Source: a virus
Virus record (IMG/VR): IMGVR_UViG_3300038620_000126
Coordinates: 32,001-96,000 of that record
Strand: one strand, 5' to 3'
Length of the DNA stretch: 64,000 bases
Shown: positions 8,632-18,826 of the stretch, piece after piece
How the letters are laid out: every line of letters begins with the position of its first letter
Numbering within the stretch: the first letter of the stretch is position 1
Position numbers and translations under genes: made by a program
The notes under the pieces: model-generated
The model's database searches: none
Told to the model about the DNA's origin: nothing
The model's input: the letters and a program-made list of their open reading frames with translations, nothing else

Positions 8632-11600
8632 TTAAAAACTGTTATCCACTTCTTTTTAAATGTTACATCATCATTATAATTCGTATCAAAAATTCTAACT
8701 TCTACACTGTATTGTCCACTACGTTCAAATGTGTAGATAAAGTAATCTAAGTTGTTTACTTGAGCAATAAGCTCACCATTTAGTTCTTCATCAAACAGTT
8801 TCCAAATTATGTTGTGCCTCCCCGGTATTTTGCTTTTATCTGGAACCAATACTATTGGAGCCATAGTTGGTATAGAAATAGTGTTATCATAAAATCTAGT
8901 TTCGCCTAGATTAAATGAATTATCTAACGCTTTTGCAAATTCAAAACTTTCAAGATGGTCAACTCTTACATTCCAGTTCTGAATTTCAAAATCCAAACTT
9001 TCTATAGGTTCGTTTCCAAGTGAATTAAAACCCCTTATGTTAATGGGGCCTTTTAGTCCAATAAAGGCACTTCCTTTAGTTCCAGTATATCTAGCAACTG
9101 CATGAATGTAAGTTGATATATCCTCTTGACTTTTGGGTTCAGCTATAGGTCTCGCGGTGTATTCAAAATCTTTTATACCATCTGCTTGTGAGTCAGATAG
9201 TATTTTTGCAATGGTGGTATAGTCATTTTGTTTTACATTATAAACAGGGAAACCATTAAATGTATTTGAAGATCCATTATAGGCTTTGAACCGTCCATTG
9301 TTGTTAATGTAATATTTTTCGGGTATTGTATAAGGTTCTTTCCCACCGACTTGAATAGATGCACCACTGGAAATATTATCTACTTCAAATCCAGCGGCCG
9401 TTTCACCATGTATATCAAAATATTCAAAACTTACATGTTTTAAGTTGTTAATGGGTGCTCTAAAAAATTCATTAATTTCAAATCCAGTTCCAAAGTTTTC
9501 TGGTCTGTTTTCAATAGTATTTGAAAATATGTAATTAACTCCATTCAAACTTTCGGTTTGAATACTACTTGGAACTTCGCGATTTTCTGGATCTTGTAAT
9601 GGTTTATTTAGTGGTGAAAAAAGTTCTCTAATAGGATAATCATTATTTTTAATAGTATTGATTTCTGGTTTGAAAAATCTAGTAAATGCAAGAAAATCGG
9701 CTTGCTTTGATGAAACATCAATATAGTCATATTTTGTTTTATACGATGTTCCCCCATATCCATTAAACAGTTTTAATGTTACAGTATATTTTCCTTCATA
9801 CGGAAGTATAACCATATAATCTCTAAGATCGTAAATTGTGCCTCGCCTGCTAAATGAAAATGATTTGTTTGGTTCATTTGGAAATGTTTTTTCTACTATC
9901 CATTCCATTTCACGAAAACTACCAATACCAATATTTTCAATACTTGCAAGGTTGGAAAGTGGAAAACTACTATAAACTTCTACCAAACTGTTTTGATCTG
10001 GTTGAGTATCTATAAATATTGTTTCCTCATTTGGCCTTAGTCTAAATTCATATACTATATAGTCTCCACTAATTTGATTTCCATTTTCGTCTATAGCTGG
10101 ATCGGTTACTGGTGTAGTGGTTCTGTCATAAAGGTTAAAATACAGAACACTACCATTTACAAACCACCGTAAAACCGCAGGATCAGTATTGGGTTGAAAT
10201 AAAGAACTATTTTGATTACTAACATTTAGATCTTCCCATCCACCTGCAAACGGAGGTGCTCCAGAAGGCTGTGGAAATTCAATAAAAGCTTTTACAATAG
10301 TAAAGTTACCATTACTATCTTTGAAAGGTTTTGAAAAGTTAATTCCGGGTCTAAGGTTACCAAATGTTTCTGTAAGACTTTCTATGGGTGATGTTTCATT
10401 TTCAACAAGATCAGCAAGTTGAATAAAACTCATATCCAAATCTTTTATAGGAACTTCAAAAGTTGTATTTTTTAGTTTTAGTGGAAAACCGACAGGGATT
10501 CCTTTTTCATTTTGTAATTCAACTGACTCTTTGTTTATATTGTTATAAAATGCTATCCGATCATCTGAAACTCTACTTAACGGAAAATCAAAAATAGGTT
10601 TTTTTTCAATTAATTGTTCTTTGGAATTAACTTTTAGTATATAATTTGATGGTATTCCCTTAAATTTGTTAGAATAGCCATACTGACTTTTCAATAAATC
10701 TGAATTTGGTTCAATTAATTCAATAATATAGCCCTGCCCATCTTTTTCAATAACTTCTGGATATAGTGGTGAGAAAAATTCACTTTGCACGTAATCTTTA
10801 TACTCAAAATTTGTTCTAAACTTTAGGTTAGTCCATTCTGAAAGCGTTCCACTATAGTTTACTCTAACGCGAACTGTTAACCCCCTATCTGATGGAAGAT
10901 TAGAAATTGCAAACTTTGTTTGTGTAGAACTTCCTGATGCAACCACAAGTCCTTGATTATCTATAACTTCGTATTCATAATTTGTTACTGTATTAGCATG
11001 AGAATAATTTTTAAGTTTTAAAGTTAGTTTATAATTTGAGTTAGTTTCTATCAATTCAAATATTCTAAGATTTTGAATGGGTGGATTCGGATCATTTAGT
11101 ATTCCATCGTATAATAAAAGTGATGTAGGTGGTGATATAAAACTATTTTTTCCAGATCCGAATTCTGCTTTTAGTGTTACTTCATTGAATACAACACCAG
11201 ATTCTAAATTAACTTTAATTTTATTATTTGGATACAATTCTGTTTTACCTGATAGATTAGGTGTTGTATTAATCGTGTTAATACCTTCAAAAATTGGTCT
11301 TAAATCTTGAATATATCCATCAGTGCTTTCAGCATGAAACTCTGGATTAAGCGACTGATCAATTCTTGATACTCTATTGTTTGAAGTCCATTTTCTTTGA
11401 TTATAACTTGAAAAGTAAATTGCTTCACCAGTTATGTTAATTATTTGAGCATTTAATGGTAAAAACTGTTCCTGTAACTTTTCTCTAAGGCCATAAAGTT
11501 TTATGAGAACTTCCTCGTTTGTAAAGTCAAATGCTTCTTCTGTTTCTGGAAGACCGAACCGAGTAAATTCACCATCCACAACTCTATTAATATCATAAAA

Positions 11601-12914
11601 TAAACCAAATTTTGAAGTTTTTTTATATTTACTGTTTGGTAAAAAGTTGAAGTTTTCAAAATCTAGTCTTTCATTCAGTACAATATCTTGAATAAGAAAC
11701 TTTTTATAATTTTCATCCTGCATATCCACGTTTAACCAGTACTCTTTAAGGGATAAAGATTCATTATAACCAAAAAAGTTTATTGCATTTAGAACACCTC
11801 TATAACTACCTAAGTATGAATAAATGTTTTCAAATTCAAGCATTAACTCCTTTCTTTTCTGGTTAATAAGTTCATAGTCTGGCTTTGATTCCCAAACATC
11901 TGCATCGCGAAATATATAAGATTCATCTTGAGGTAGTTCTTTTCCAAAATTACTTAAAAGTGTTTTAAGTCTTTCATCTTCATCTACAGTTTGACAGTAT
12001 ACATCAATTTCAGCAATTCGTTTTCCATTATTTTGGTCTTCTATAACTAATGTTCTTGAAAACTCATTTTCAACTTCTGAAGTAAATCCTAAGTTAATTT
12101 GAAGTGGTTGTGTTCTTAAATTACTTATGCTTTTTATTACTTCATTGGAACCACATTCATCATTATAAACAAATTGTAAATTCCAATTTGGATCATAATC
12201 TAATTCATAATCCACTTCTTGAAATTTTGAAATTATCGGACCAACACCAGCCTGTTCAACACATTGTATATTTTCCGTGGTCGGTGTAACATCTAAAATG
12301 GGGTTCAATTGTTCGGATGTTATATCATAGAAAAAGAAGTTATCTTTATTTTCTTCTTCAAGGAAATAAACTTTTATCATTTGAGTTGTATGGCAATTAT
12401 GAATGTGAGGATACCCCCAATCAAACTGTTCATTAATGTCAACAAAGTTTGGGTTATCAACAATTCTTGGATTTTGAACAATATCAACACTTACATTGCC
12501 ATTTGTACAAGCTTTAAGTTTAAAGGTTCCATTTGAAATATCATTTAGTGTTTTTCCAAATGGTATATGAAATTCATCTGCAATAATTACAAAACGATTA
12601 TCATTACGAATAACATTAGCAGCTAGATTAAATTCTTGTGATATACGTTCACGAACTTTTTTTAGATAATCTGTAAAGGATTCACCCGCCTGCCAAAGCA
12701 CACCTTCATTTGGACCAATAGATGGACATGGCATTCCCTCAGGAACTAATGTAAAACCCGTGTTTACTTGACTGGGAAAATTGCCTATTGGATCTACTTG
12801 TATTGTAAATGAATAGTATCTTTTTCCACTTGTGCTACTTGGAGTATAAACAATTTGTTGATCTAAACATACCTCTATATTGTCAGTATGTAATAATTGA
12901 AATTCGTTTGCCAA
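8628..12914 (-). CDS. Large virion (baseplate-associated) protein with FN3-like and PKD/Ig-like domains
   Basis: 1428 aa; YLGSYRGVLNAINFFGY..LKEYW baseplate-wedge-like segment; GKYTVTLKL and GQYSVEVRI PKD-like strands; late promoter and TTG start. Confidence 0.7.
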   Translation of the reverse strand: MANEFQLLHTDNIEVCLDQQIVYTPSSTSGKRYYSFTIQVDPIGNFPSQVNTGFTLVPEGMPCPSIGPNEGVLWQAGESFTDYLKKVRERISQEFNLAANVIRNDNRFVIIADEFHIPFGKTLNDISNGTFKLKACTNGNVSVDIVQNPRIVDNPNFVDINEQFDWGYPHIHNCHTTQMIKVYFLEEENKDNFFFYDITSEQLNPILDVTPTTENIQCVEQAGVGPIISKFQEVDYELDYDPNWNLQFVYNDECGSNEVIKSISNLRTQPLQINLGFTSEVENEFSRTLVIEDQNNGKRIAEIDVYCQTVDEDERLKTLLSNFGKELPQDESYIFRDADVWESKPDYELINQKRKELMLEFENIYSYLGSYRGVLNAINFFGYNESLSLKEYWLNVDMQDENYKKFLIQDIVLNERLDFENFNFLPNSKYKKTSKFGLFYDINRVVDGEFTRFGLPETEEAFDFTNEEVLIKLYGLREKLQEQFLPLNAQIINITGEAIYFSSYNQRKWTSNNRVSRIDQSLNPEFHAESTDGYIQDLRPIFEGINTINTTPNLSGKTELYPNNKIKVNLESGVVFNEVTLKAEFGSGKNSFISPPTSLLLYDGILNDPNPPIQNLRIFELIETNSNYKLTLKLKNYSHANTVTNYEYEVIDNQGLVVASGSSTQTKFAISNLPSDRGLTVRVRVNYSGTLSEWTNLKFRTNFEYKDYVQSEFFSPLYPEVIEKDGQGYIIELIEPNSDLLKSQYGYSNKFKGIPSNYILKVNSKEQLIEKKPIFDFPLSRVSDDRIAFYNNINKESVELQNEKGIPVGFPLKLKNTTFEVPIKDLDMSFIQLADLVENETSPIESLTETFGNLRPGINFSKPFKDSNGNFTIVKAFIEFPQPSGAPPFAGGWEDLNVSNQNSSLFQPNTDPAVLRWFVNGSVLYFNLYDRTTTPVTDPAIDENGNQISGDYIVYEFRLRPNEETIFIDTQPDQNSLVEVYSSFPLSNLASIENIGIGSFREMEWIVEKTFPNEPNKSFSFSRRGTIYDLRDYMVILPYEGKYTVTLKLFNGYGGTSYKTKYDYIDVSSKQADFLAFTRFFKPEINTIKNNDYPIRELFSPLNKPLQDPENREVPSSIQTESLNGVNYIFSNTIENRPENFGTGFEINEFFRAPINNLKHVSFEYFDIHGETAAGFEVDNISSGASIQVGGKEPYTIPEKYYINNNGRFKAYNGSSNTFNGFPVYNVKQNDYTTIAKILSDSQADGIKDFEYTARPIAEPKSQEDISTYIHAVARYTGTKGSAFIGLKGPINIRGFNSLGNEPIESLDFEIQNWNVRVDHLESFEFAKALDNSFNLGETRFYDNTISIPTMAPIVLVPDKSKIPGRHNIIWKLFDEELNGELIAQVNNLDYFIYTFERSGQYSVEVRIFDTNYNDDVTFKKKWITVFN

Positions 12915-13000
12915 TTTTTTTATATTTATTCAAATAAAAACTTTACTATATTCTTAAACCAAAACTACCATTAATACGCTTTAAATATTCATCAACTTTA

Positions 13001-14365
13001 TTAAACTATTACTCTACCTTCAACATCAGAAACAGCTTTAACATCTTCTTTTGTGAAATCTTTTTTATTTTCATCACAAATAAAATCACCCCCAACTTTT
13101 TCAGGAGCACCTTCAAGGGATGTTAAATTATTACCAAAACAATCAAAATCACCCCCAACTTTTTCAGGGGCACCTTTAAGAGATGTTAGACTATTACCAA
13201 GACAATTAAATTCACCCCCAACCTTTTTAGGTGCATCTTCAAGGGATGCTAAATTGTTATGGGAACAATCAAAATCACCCCCAACTTCTTCAGGTGCACC
13301 TTCAAGTGTTGTTAATTTATTACCAGAACAATCAAAATTACCACTAATATATTTAAGCCTGTAATTGTTTATAATTTTTTTATAATTTTTAGGGTTGAAC
13401 TTTAAATTTACATTACCTTTAATGTTAACTATATTTCCATCTATTTCAAATGTCCCATCAACAACATAATTTAATGTTTCTTTTGGGCTTGAAGAGAAGC
13501 TATTTATATCATAAGATTTAAATTTATCAATAACATCTTTCTTAAAAAATACGGCTTGTTCAGGTTCATTGGGATGAATAAACCAGTCTTCACCTTTATC
13601 AATAAAACCTTCAATATCCAAGTCCAAGTAAATTTTTGTTTTAAATTGTATACTTTTATCTTCTCGTAAAGCTAAATCAACATAGTTATTTACAAAAAAC
13701 CAAAGTGTTTCAACCGTTGGTTGATAATTTTTAGTATTACGCATTATAGTATGACTTAATTCATTCCATTTTGCTGAATATTTTCTGGAATATGTTAAAC
13801 TATTTAAATTAGTTTTCATTTTTTTAAAACTTTCTTTTCTTTCTGATTTATTATTTGATTTCATAGCTTTTATATAGTTAAACAATAAATCGAAAGCATC
13901 TTGTGGAAGATTATTTTTTAATTTCTTGTTAGACTTACAAATTTTGTAGAACTTTTCAATATGTTTAAGAACTTCAGAATCATGAGTTAAAATTTTACCT
14001 TTTTGAATTTTGTTTTCTTTAATTTTAAATAAGTGAATTACATTAGACATATTAGGAATAAAAGGATAAAATCGTTCTAATCTTTCTTTAATTTTTTCAT
14101 TAGGAGTACTATTTGTAAAACCTGCTGTTATCCTATTATAATCTTCTTTGTTAAAAGGGTAAGCATAATATCCAGCGGGTGTATTATAACCAGTAAAAGG
14201 ATTTATAAATGTTACAGTATTTTTCCGTCGAAATGAAATAAACCAATTATCTAAACTGTCATTTCCAATAGTATTTTTAATAAATTCAACAATGTTTATA
14301 TCTCTATTGACTTCAGGGTTTCTTCGCTTTTCCGTTAAGTAATTTTGAAAAGACTTTAAACGCAT
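13001..14365 (-). CDS. Capsid-tagged protein: putative ART-like domain + 22-aa leucine-rich repeats
   Basis: N-term MRLKSFQNYLTE; TPAGYYAYP and EGFID..IHPNEPEQAVFF; four FDCxxNxLTSLEGAPEKVGG repeats. Confidence 0.7.
   Translation of the reverse strand: MRLKSFQNYLTEKRRNPEVNRDINIVEFIKNTIGNDSLDNWFISFRRKNTVTFINPFTGYNTPAGYYAYPFNKEDYNRITAGFTNSTPNEKIKERLERFYPFIPNMSNVIHLFKIKENKIQKGKILTHDSEVLKHIEKFYKICKSNKKLKNNLPQDAFDLLFNYIKAMKSNNKSERKESFKKMKTNLNSLTYSRKYSAKWNELSHTIMRNTKNYQPTVETLWFFVNNYVDLALREDKSIQFKTKIYLDLDIEGFIDKGEDWFIHPNEPEQAVFFKKDVIDKFKSYDINSFSSSPKETLNYVVDGTFEIDGNIVNIKGNVNLKFNPKNYKKIINNYRLKYISGNFDCSGNKLTTLEGAPEEVGGDFDCSHNNLASLEDAPKKVGGEFNCLGNSLTSLKGAPEKVGGDFDCFGNNLTSLEGAPEKVGGDFICDENKKDFTKEDVKAVSDVEGRVIV
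13080..13340 (-). repeat. 66-bp tandem coding repeats (LRR units, about 4 copies)
   Basis: aaaatcacccccaactttttcagg(a/g)gcacctt... recurs at 66-nt spacing. Confidence 0.9.
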
Positions 14366-14377
14366 TTTTAATTTTTT

Positions 14378-14650
14378 TTATTTATTTAAGTTATATTCTT
14401 TTATTACATTTTTAGTATCATAGTTAACATTATTAAAAATCTTATTGTCATCTAAATCAAAAGCTTTAAGTTTTCCTTTTATATTATAACCGAATTGTTC
14501 TGAATGGGCATTTCTACCTGAACCCCCACGCCTCAAAAAAGTTAATTCTTTTTTATTGAGATTCATTTGTGATTTTAACCAATCAAGAAAAGGTTTATAA
14601 TCTGTTTTCTTTTTTGATTTTACATAATCTTTGAATTTTTCTAGTTCCAT
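14378..14650 (-). CDS. Small basic protein, possible degenerate capsid tag (MELEKFKDYVKS)
   Basis: 90-aa ORF between the two LRR paralogs. Confidence 0.65.
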   Translation of the reverse strand: MELEKFKDYVKSKKKTDYKPFLDWLKSQMNLNKKELTFLRRGGSGRNAHSEQFGYNIKGKLKAFDLDDNKIFNNVNYDTKNVIKEYNLNK

Positions 14651-14664
14651 TAAACTGATTTTTA

Positions 14665-16326
14665 TTAAGTGTCAATAAATCCACTAACATCTATAACATT
14701 TTTAATTTCTTCTACTGTAAATTCTTTTTTATTATCCATGATCATAAAACCACGGACCTTTTCGGGTGCGCCTTTAAGAGATGTTAAGTTATTATGAGAA
14801 CAATCAAACACCTTTTCAACTTCTTTGGGGGCACCTTCAAGAGATGTTAATTGATTATTAGAACAATCAAAACCTTTTCTGATATAATTAGGAGCACCTT
14901 CAAGTGTTTTTAATTTATTATCAGAACAATTATAGTCACCTCCAAAGTTAAATCCTTTTTGCTCAAATCCAACTTCCTTCGGCCCCCCCTTTAAACTTGT
15001 TAATTTATTATCAGAACATACAAAATTTCCAATAATTTTTTGGGGACAACTTTCTAAAGATTTTAGTTTATTATTAGTACAGTCAAGATCACCACCTATT
15101 TCATTTGGTAAACCTTTTAATGTTTTTAGATCATTAGATTTACATTTTACATTTGTCTTTACAGTTGAAATGCCTTCTAATGTTTTGAGTTCGTTTAAGT
15201 TACATACAAATTCACCATCAACTTTTTTGGGGCATCCTTCTAAAGATTTTAATTTATTATTAGAGCAGTCAAATTTTCTTCCTACATATTCAGGAATTCC
15301 AATTCTTAGAAGAGATGTAATACCGATTGCTTTACAAATAAAACTTCCAGTAACATTACCAAATTTATACTTTTCTGTAATTCTATAAAAATCTGCTTTA
15401 CTATTAAAAAATACATCTCCATCAACATTAATTACATTGTTTTCTTTTATTTCATATCTTCCACGTATTACTTTATTAAGTAAGTTGTTTATGTTACCCA
15501 CAAAATCTATTATGTCGTAGGAATAAAGATTTTCAATAACATCTCTAGTAAAAAATATAGCCTGTTCGGGTTCATTGGGATGAATAAACCAGTCTTCACC
15601 TCTATCAATAAAACCTTCAATACCTAAATCCAAATAAATTTTTGTTTTAAGCTGCGCTCCACCAGTTTTCACTAAGTCAACATAATTATTTATAAAAAAC
15701 CAAAGCATTGAAACCTTTTTCTGTTTTTTAATAACAAGTTTTAACTTACTCCACATTTGATCCATTTCATAATCATTTGGTTTTATATTTTCAATTAATT
15801 CACTGACTTTATTATAGTCTTTTTCTTGATTCACAACAACTTCTAACAAGTCAAAAGCAGCCTGCGGAAGGTTATCTTTTAATATTTTCTTTGTTTTACA
15901 AATTTTATAGAATTCTTTAATATGTTTAAAAGCTTTTGAATTTCTTGTTAATATTTTTCCACTTTTAACTTTTTCTTGTTTGATCTTGAATAGATGAATT
16001 ATGTTAGAACCCCTTGGAAAAAATGGGTAAATATCTTTTATTTTAGTTTTAACTGAACTGTTATCGCTACTTTCATCATATTTACTTAGTAATTCATTAT
16101 AGTCTTCTTTATTAAATGGATATGCATAATATCCAGCAGGAGTATTATATTCGGTAAAAGGGTTTACAAATGTTACAGTATCTTTTTGTCGAAATGAAAT
16201 AAACCAATTATCCAAACTATCATTTCCAATAGTATTTTTAATAAACTCAATTATGTTTATATCTCTATTAACTTCAGGGTTTCTTCGTTTTTCTGTTAAG
16301 TATTCATAAAAATTTAATAACTTCAT
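14665..16326 (-). CDS. Capsid-tagged ART-like + LRR protein, paralog of 13001-14365 with about 9 repeats
   Basis: MKLLNFYEYLTEKRRNPE; near-identical first ~75 aa to paralog; IHPNEPEQAIFF; longer LRR array. Confidence 0.7.
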   Translation of the reverse strand: MKLLNFYEYLTEKRRNPEVNRDINIIEFIKNTIGNDSLDNWFISFRQKDTVTFVNPFTEYNTPAGYYAYPFNKEDYNELLSKYDESSDNSSVKTKIKDIYPFFPRGSNIIHLFKIKQEKVKSGKILTRNSKAFKHIKEFYKICKTKKILKDNLPQAAFDLLEVVVNQEKDYNKVSELIENIKPNDYEMDQMWSKLKLVIKKQKKVSMLWFFINNYVDLVKTGGAQLKTKIYLDLGIEGFIDRGEDWFIHPNEPEQAIFFTRDVIENLYSYDIIDFVGNINNLLNKVIRGRYEIKENNVINVDGDVFFNSKADFYRITEKYKFGNVTGSFICKAIGITSLLRIGIPEYVGRKFDCSNNKLKSLEGCPKKVDGEFVCNLNELKTLEGISTVKTNVKCKSNDLKTLKGLPNEIGGDLDCTNNKLKSLESCPQKIIGNFVCSDNKLTSLKGGPKEVGFEQKGFNFGGDYNCSDNKLKTLEGAPNYIRKGFDCSNNQLTSLEGAPKEVEKVFDCSHNNLTSLKGAPEKVRGFMIMDNKKEFTVEEIKNVIDVSGFIDT

Positions 16327-16370
16327 TAAACAAACTTTTTAACTATTTATTTAGTAATTGCATTTTTAGT

Positions 16371-17930
16371 TTAGTTGTTAGTCATTTTCCACTTAATTTT
16401 ATCAGTACTATAAATTTTTTCATATCCCATTTTTTTCATGATTTCAGATTCTGTATTATTACTTACAAAACTTTGATCTAGCTTAAATTTTTGTTGTATT
16501 CTTTTTTTAGAAAATGCAGATTTATGAATACGTTTATCACTTTTATAATATGAATAATCTGGTTTAGTTTCATACACTTTTTGAAAACCTAACTTTTGAT
16601 ACATATCTCCTGTAAACATTGAACTATCAGAAAAACTAATAATTTTTTCTGGATTATAATTTTTAACAAAATAATTAAATAGCTTACTAGAACCACCAAT
16701 AACATTTGTGTTAAGAATCGTAGCATATCGAGTAAGTTCCCAAACATCTTCTTTGTTTTTTGATGTTGATATATTTCTAGTTCTTTTGCTAAAACTCATA
16801 CAAGCTACCAGTCTTGTTTTATAATAAAGACCAAAATTTAATTCATAAAAAGAATTTAAACCTTGAATGTGATTTAATTTATAAAACTTTTTGATTTCTT
16901 TTGGATTGACTTTTAACACACTACATTTTCTAGCATATACTTTATTTTCGGTTTTACCAATTGCATTTTTTATAAGCGACTTTACTATATCTGTTTTGTA
17001 TTGCCAGTCATCTTCCCATACATGTATTAACCTGTATCCAGCTTTTTTGCAAAGATCTGTTTTTCTTTTATGGTAATATTTGTCATTTAAAAACTTATGT
17101 GAATGATAGTATAATCCATTGAATTCAATTGCTAATTTATAATTTGGTATTACAATATCAAGTTCATAAGGACTGATAAGTTTTTTATCATTAAAAAGTA
17201 ATTCATTATAATTTATTAAAGAAGTAATATAATTTTTTAGTTGCATTTCGCCCTTAGAAGTATATCTTTGACGTTTGTTATAACAAAGTGGAACACCATC
17301 ATTTAACAACTTATTAACTTGATTTTTATTAATAGAAAATTGATTCTGTGTGCAACTACAATCATGACACTTTAATGTAATAGAGTTGGATTCATTTTTT
17401 AAAATTTTATAATTATCTTTTAATTTTTCATAATTATTTTTTACCCATTCACTTAACACTTTTTCTTTTATATACTTTGATTGAGATGGTACTTTTGTGC
17501 CATATTTTTTAAGATTTGTGTTTTCTCTTTTTGCTTTAATTTCTTCAATTTGGTTGGGATTCTTAACTCCATACTTTTTAAGCAGTGTGTTTTCTTTAGA
17601 TTCTTTAACCGAATTGTCTTGAGAAATATTAGTAACATTATAACGATTTTGATTTGTTGCTTCTCTTTTTTTGTTTGTTATATTCTTTCCTTTTTTACGG
17701 CAATCTGAACTGCAAAATTCAGCAAATTTCTTTTTTTCGTTTATCCACTTTGTTTTTAATCCACACCATTTACATGTTGGTAAAGACTTTAATCCGTTTT
17801 TATACAAATAAAACTTTTGTGAAGTTGTTAAATCTTCAGATTTTTCTACATCACTAAAGTAATCTTTTGTATTATCTTCAAAGTATTGTCTATGCTTTTT
17901 ATATCTAAAATCCAGATTATCCATTTTCAT
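16371..17930 (-). CDS. Free-standing homing-endonuclease-like protein (Zn finger, KKYGV repeats, Vsr/PD-(D/E)XK nuclease, GNAT-like C-terminus)
   Basis: CKWC...FCSSDC; KKYGVKNPNQ repeats; ELDIVIP.YKLAIEFNGLYYHS; IHVWEDDW; ELTRYA..GGSSKLF. Confidence 0.75.
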   Translation of the reverse strand: MKMDNLDFRYKKHRQYFEDNTKDYFSDVEKSEDLTTSQKFYLYKNGLKSLPTCKWCGLKTKWINEKKKFAEFCSSDCRKKGKNITNKKREATNQNRYNVTNISQDNSVKESKENTLLKKYGVKNPNQIEEIKAKRENTNLKKYGTKVPSQSKYIKEKVLSEWVKNNYEKLKDNYKILKNESNSITLKCHDCSCTQNQFSINKNQVNKLLNDGVPLCYNKRQRYTSKGEMQLKNYITSLINYNELLFNDKKLISPYELDIVIPNYKLAIEFNGLYYHSHKFLNDKYYHKRKTDLCKKAGYRLIHVWEDDWQYKTDIVKSLIKNAIGKTENKVYARKCSVLKVNPKEIKKFYKLNHIQGLNSFYELNFGLYYKTRLVACMSFSKRTRNISTSKNKEDVWELTRYATILNTNVIGGSSKLFNYFVKNYNPEKIISFSDSSMFTGDMYQKLGFQKVYETKPDYSYYKSDKRIHKSAFSKKRIQQKFKLDQSFVSNNTESEIMKKMGYEKIYSTDKIKWKMTNN

Positions 17931-18076
17931 ATGTTTTTGTATTTATTTGACCTTTGACGTTAAAGATAATAAAAAGAAAAGTATTTTACAAAAGTTTAAA
18001 AATAAAAAACCCGTTCAACAATAAAACTAAACTGGTTTTTAGGTTTAGTGGTGGTTAGATTAGAGGAAATCAACAC
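17923..18076. repeat. 154-bp direct repeat, copy 1 (degenerate copy of MCP 3' end + terminator + late promoter + ATG)
   Basis: Matches 18673-18826 at exactly 750-bp offset. Confidence 0.92.
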
Positions 18077-18155
18077 TAGTGCTAGGCAATTTGAAAATTT
18101 GAACGATCTTAGAAAGGCTATTAACAATTTTTCTATTACTTTTATTTTAATTTGT

Positions 18156-18186
18156 TTGACAATTTACAACCATTTCTGTATATTTG
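18156..18186 (+). promoter_or_regulatory. Host-RNAP early promoter
   Basis: TTGACA-17 nt-TATATTTG (also fits Bacteroidota TAnnTTTG). Confidence 0.75.
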
Positions 18187-18279
18187 AAGTTTAAATCACT
18201 TAAAACTTATTTAAGTGGTGGTCGCTATTTTTTAATTTCAAAATTATTTTCAATTATGTAAAATCGAGTGAGAACAACT

Positions 18280-18670
18280 ATGAAGTACAACGCAAAGAAT
18301 ATTCTAGAAAAAATTAAAATCTTTTATTATAAATTAAAGGAGTGCTGGTTCATTTTGAAACAGCCTTATGAAGAAGAAAATCAACCTGAAGAACCAGACG
18401 TTATTGATTGGTTAGAAGTAATTGATAATCATATAGATTGTGCAAGACACCATACAATGCAAGCAAAACAAAAAAATAGAAGCGCTAGAAAACTTACATA
18501 ATAATAATGTAGTAAAAATATATCTATATAAACTATATGGTAAACGTCTAACTGATATAGCGACAAATCTTTATGATCCAGCATATACTACACTTGATAA
18601 AAACAATTCGGAGTTAATTGAAATAAAAAATCAACAATTTGACGCACAAAAGAAAGAACAAAACTATTGA
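18280..18670 (+). pseudogene. Frameshifted hypothetical gene (ORFs 18268-18501 and 18440-18670)
   Basis: Removing one A from the A7 run at 18470-18476 joins the frames as ..QAKQKIEALENLH.. Confidence 0.6.
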
Positions 18671-18672
18671 CA

Positions 18673-18826
18673 ATTTTCATATGTTTTTGTATTTATTTAA
18701 CCTTTGACGTTAAAGATAATAAAAAGAAAAGTATTTTACAAAAGTTTAAAAATAAAAAACCCGTTCAACGATAAAGCTGAACGGGTTTTTAAGTTTAGTG
18801 ATGGTTAGATTAAAGGAAATCAACAC
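18673..18826. repeat. 154-bp direct repeat, copy 2 (native MCP 3' end)
   Basis: Matches 17923-18076. Confidence 0.92.
18754..18790 (-). terminator. Intrinsic terminator of major capsid gene
   Basis: aaaaacccgttca...tgaacgggttttt. Confidence 0.85.

Noticed and set aside
13080-13340. CRISPR array or DGR template/variable repeat
   Set aside because: Repeats are contiguous, in-frame 66-bp LRR codons with no unique spacers; no cas or reverse transcriptase gene in the window
13053-13364. Antisense repetitive ORF (also 15170-15388)
   Set aside because: Mirror of the LRR repeats on the opposite strand
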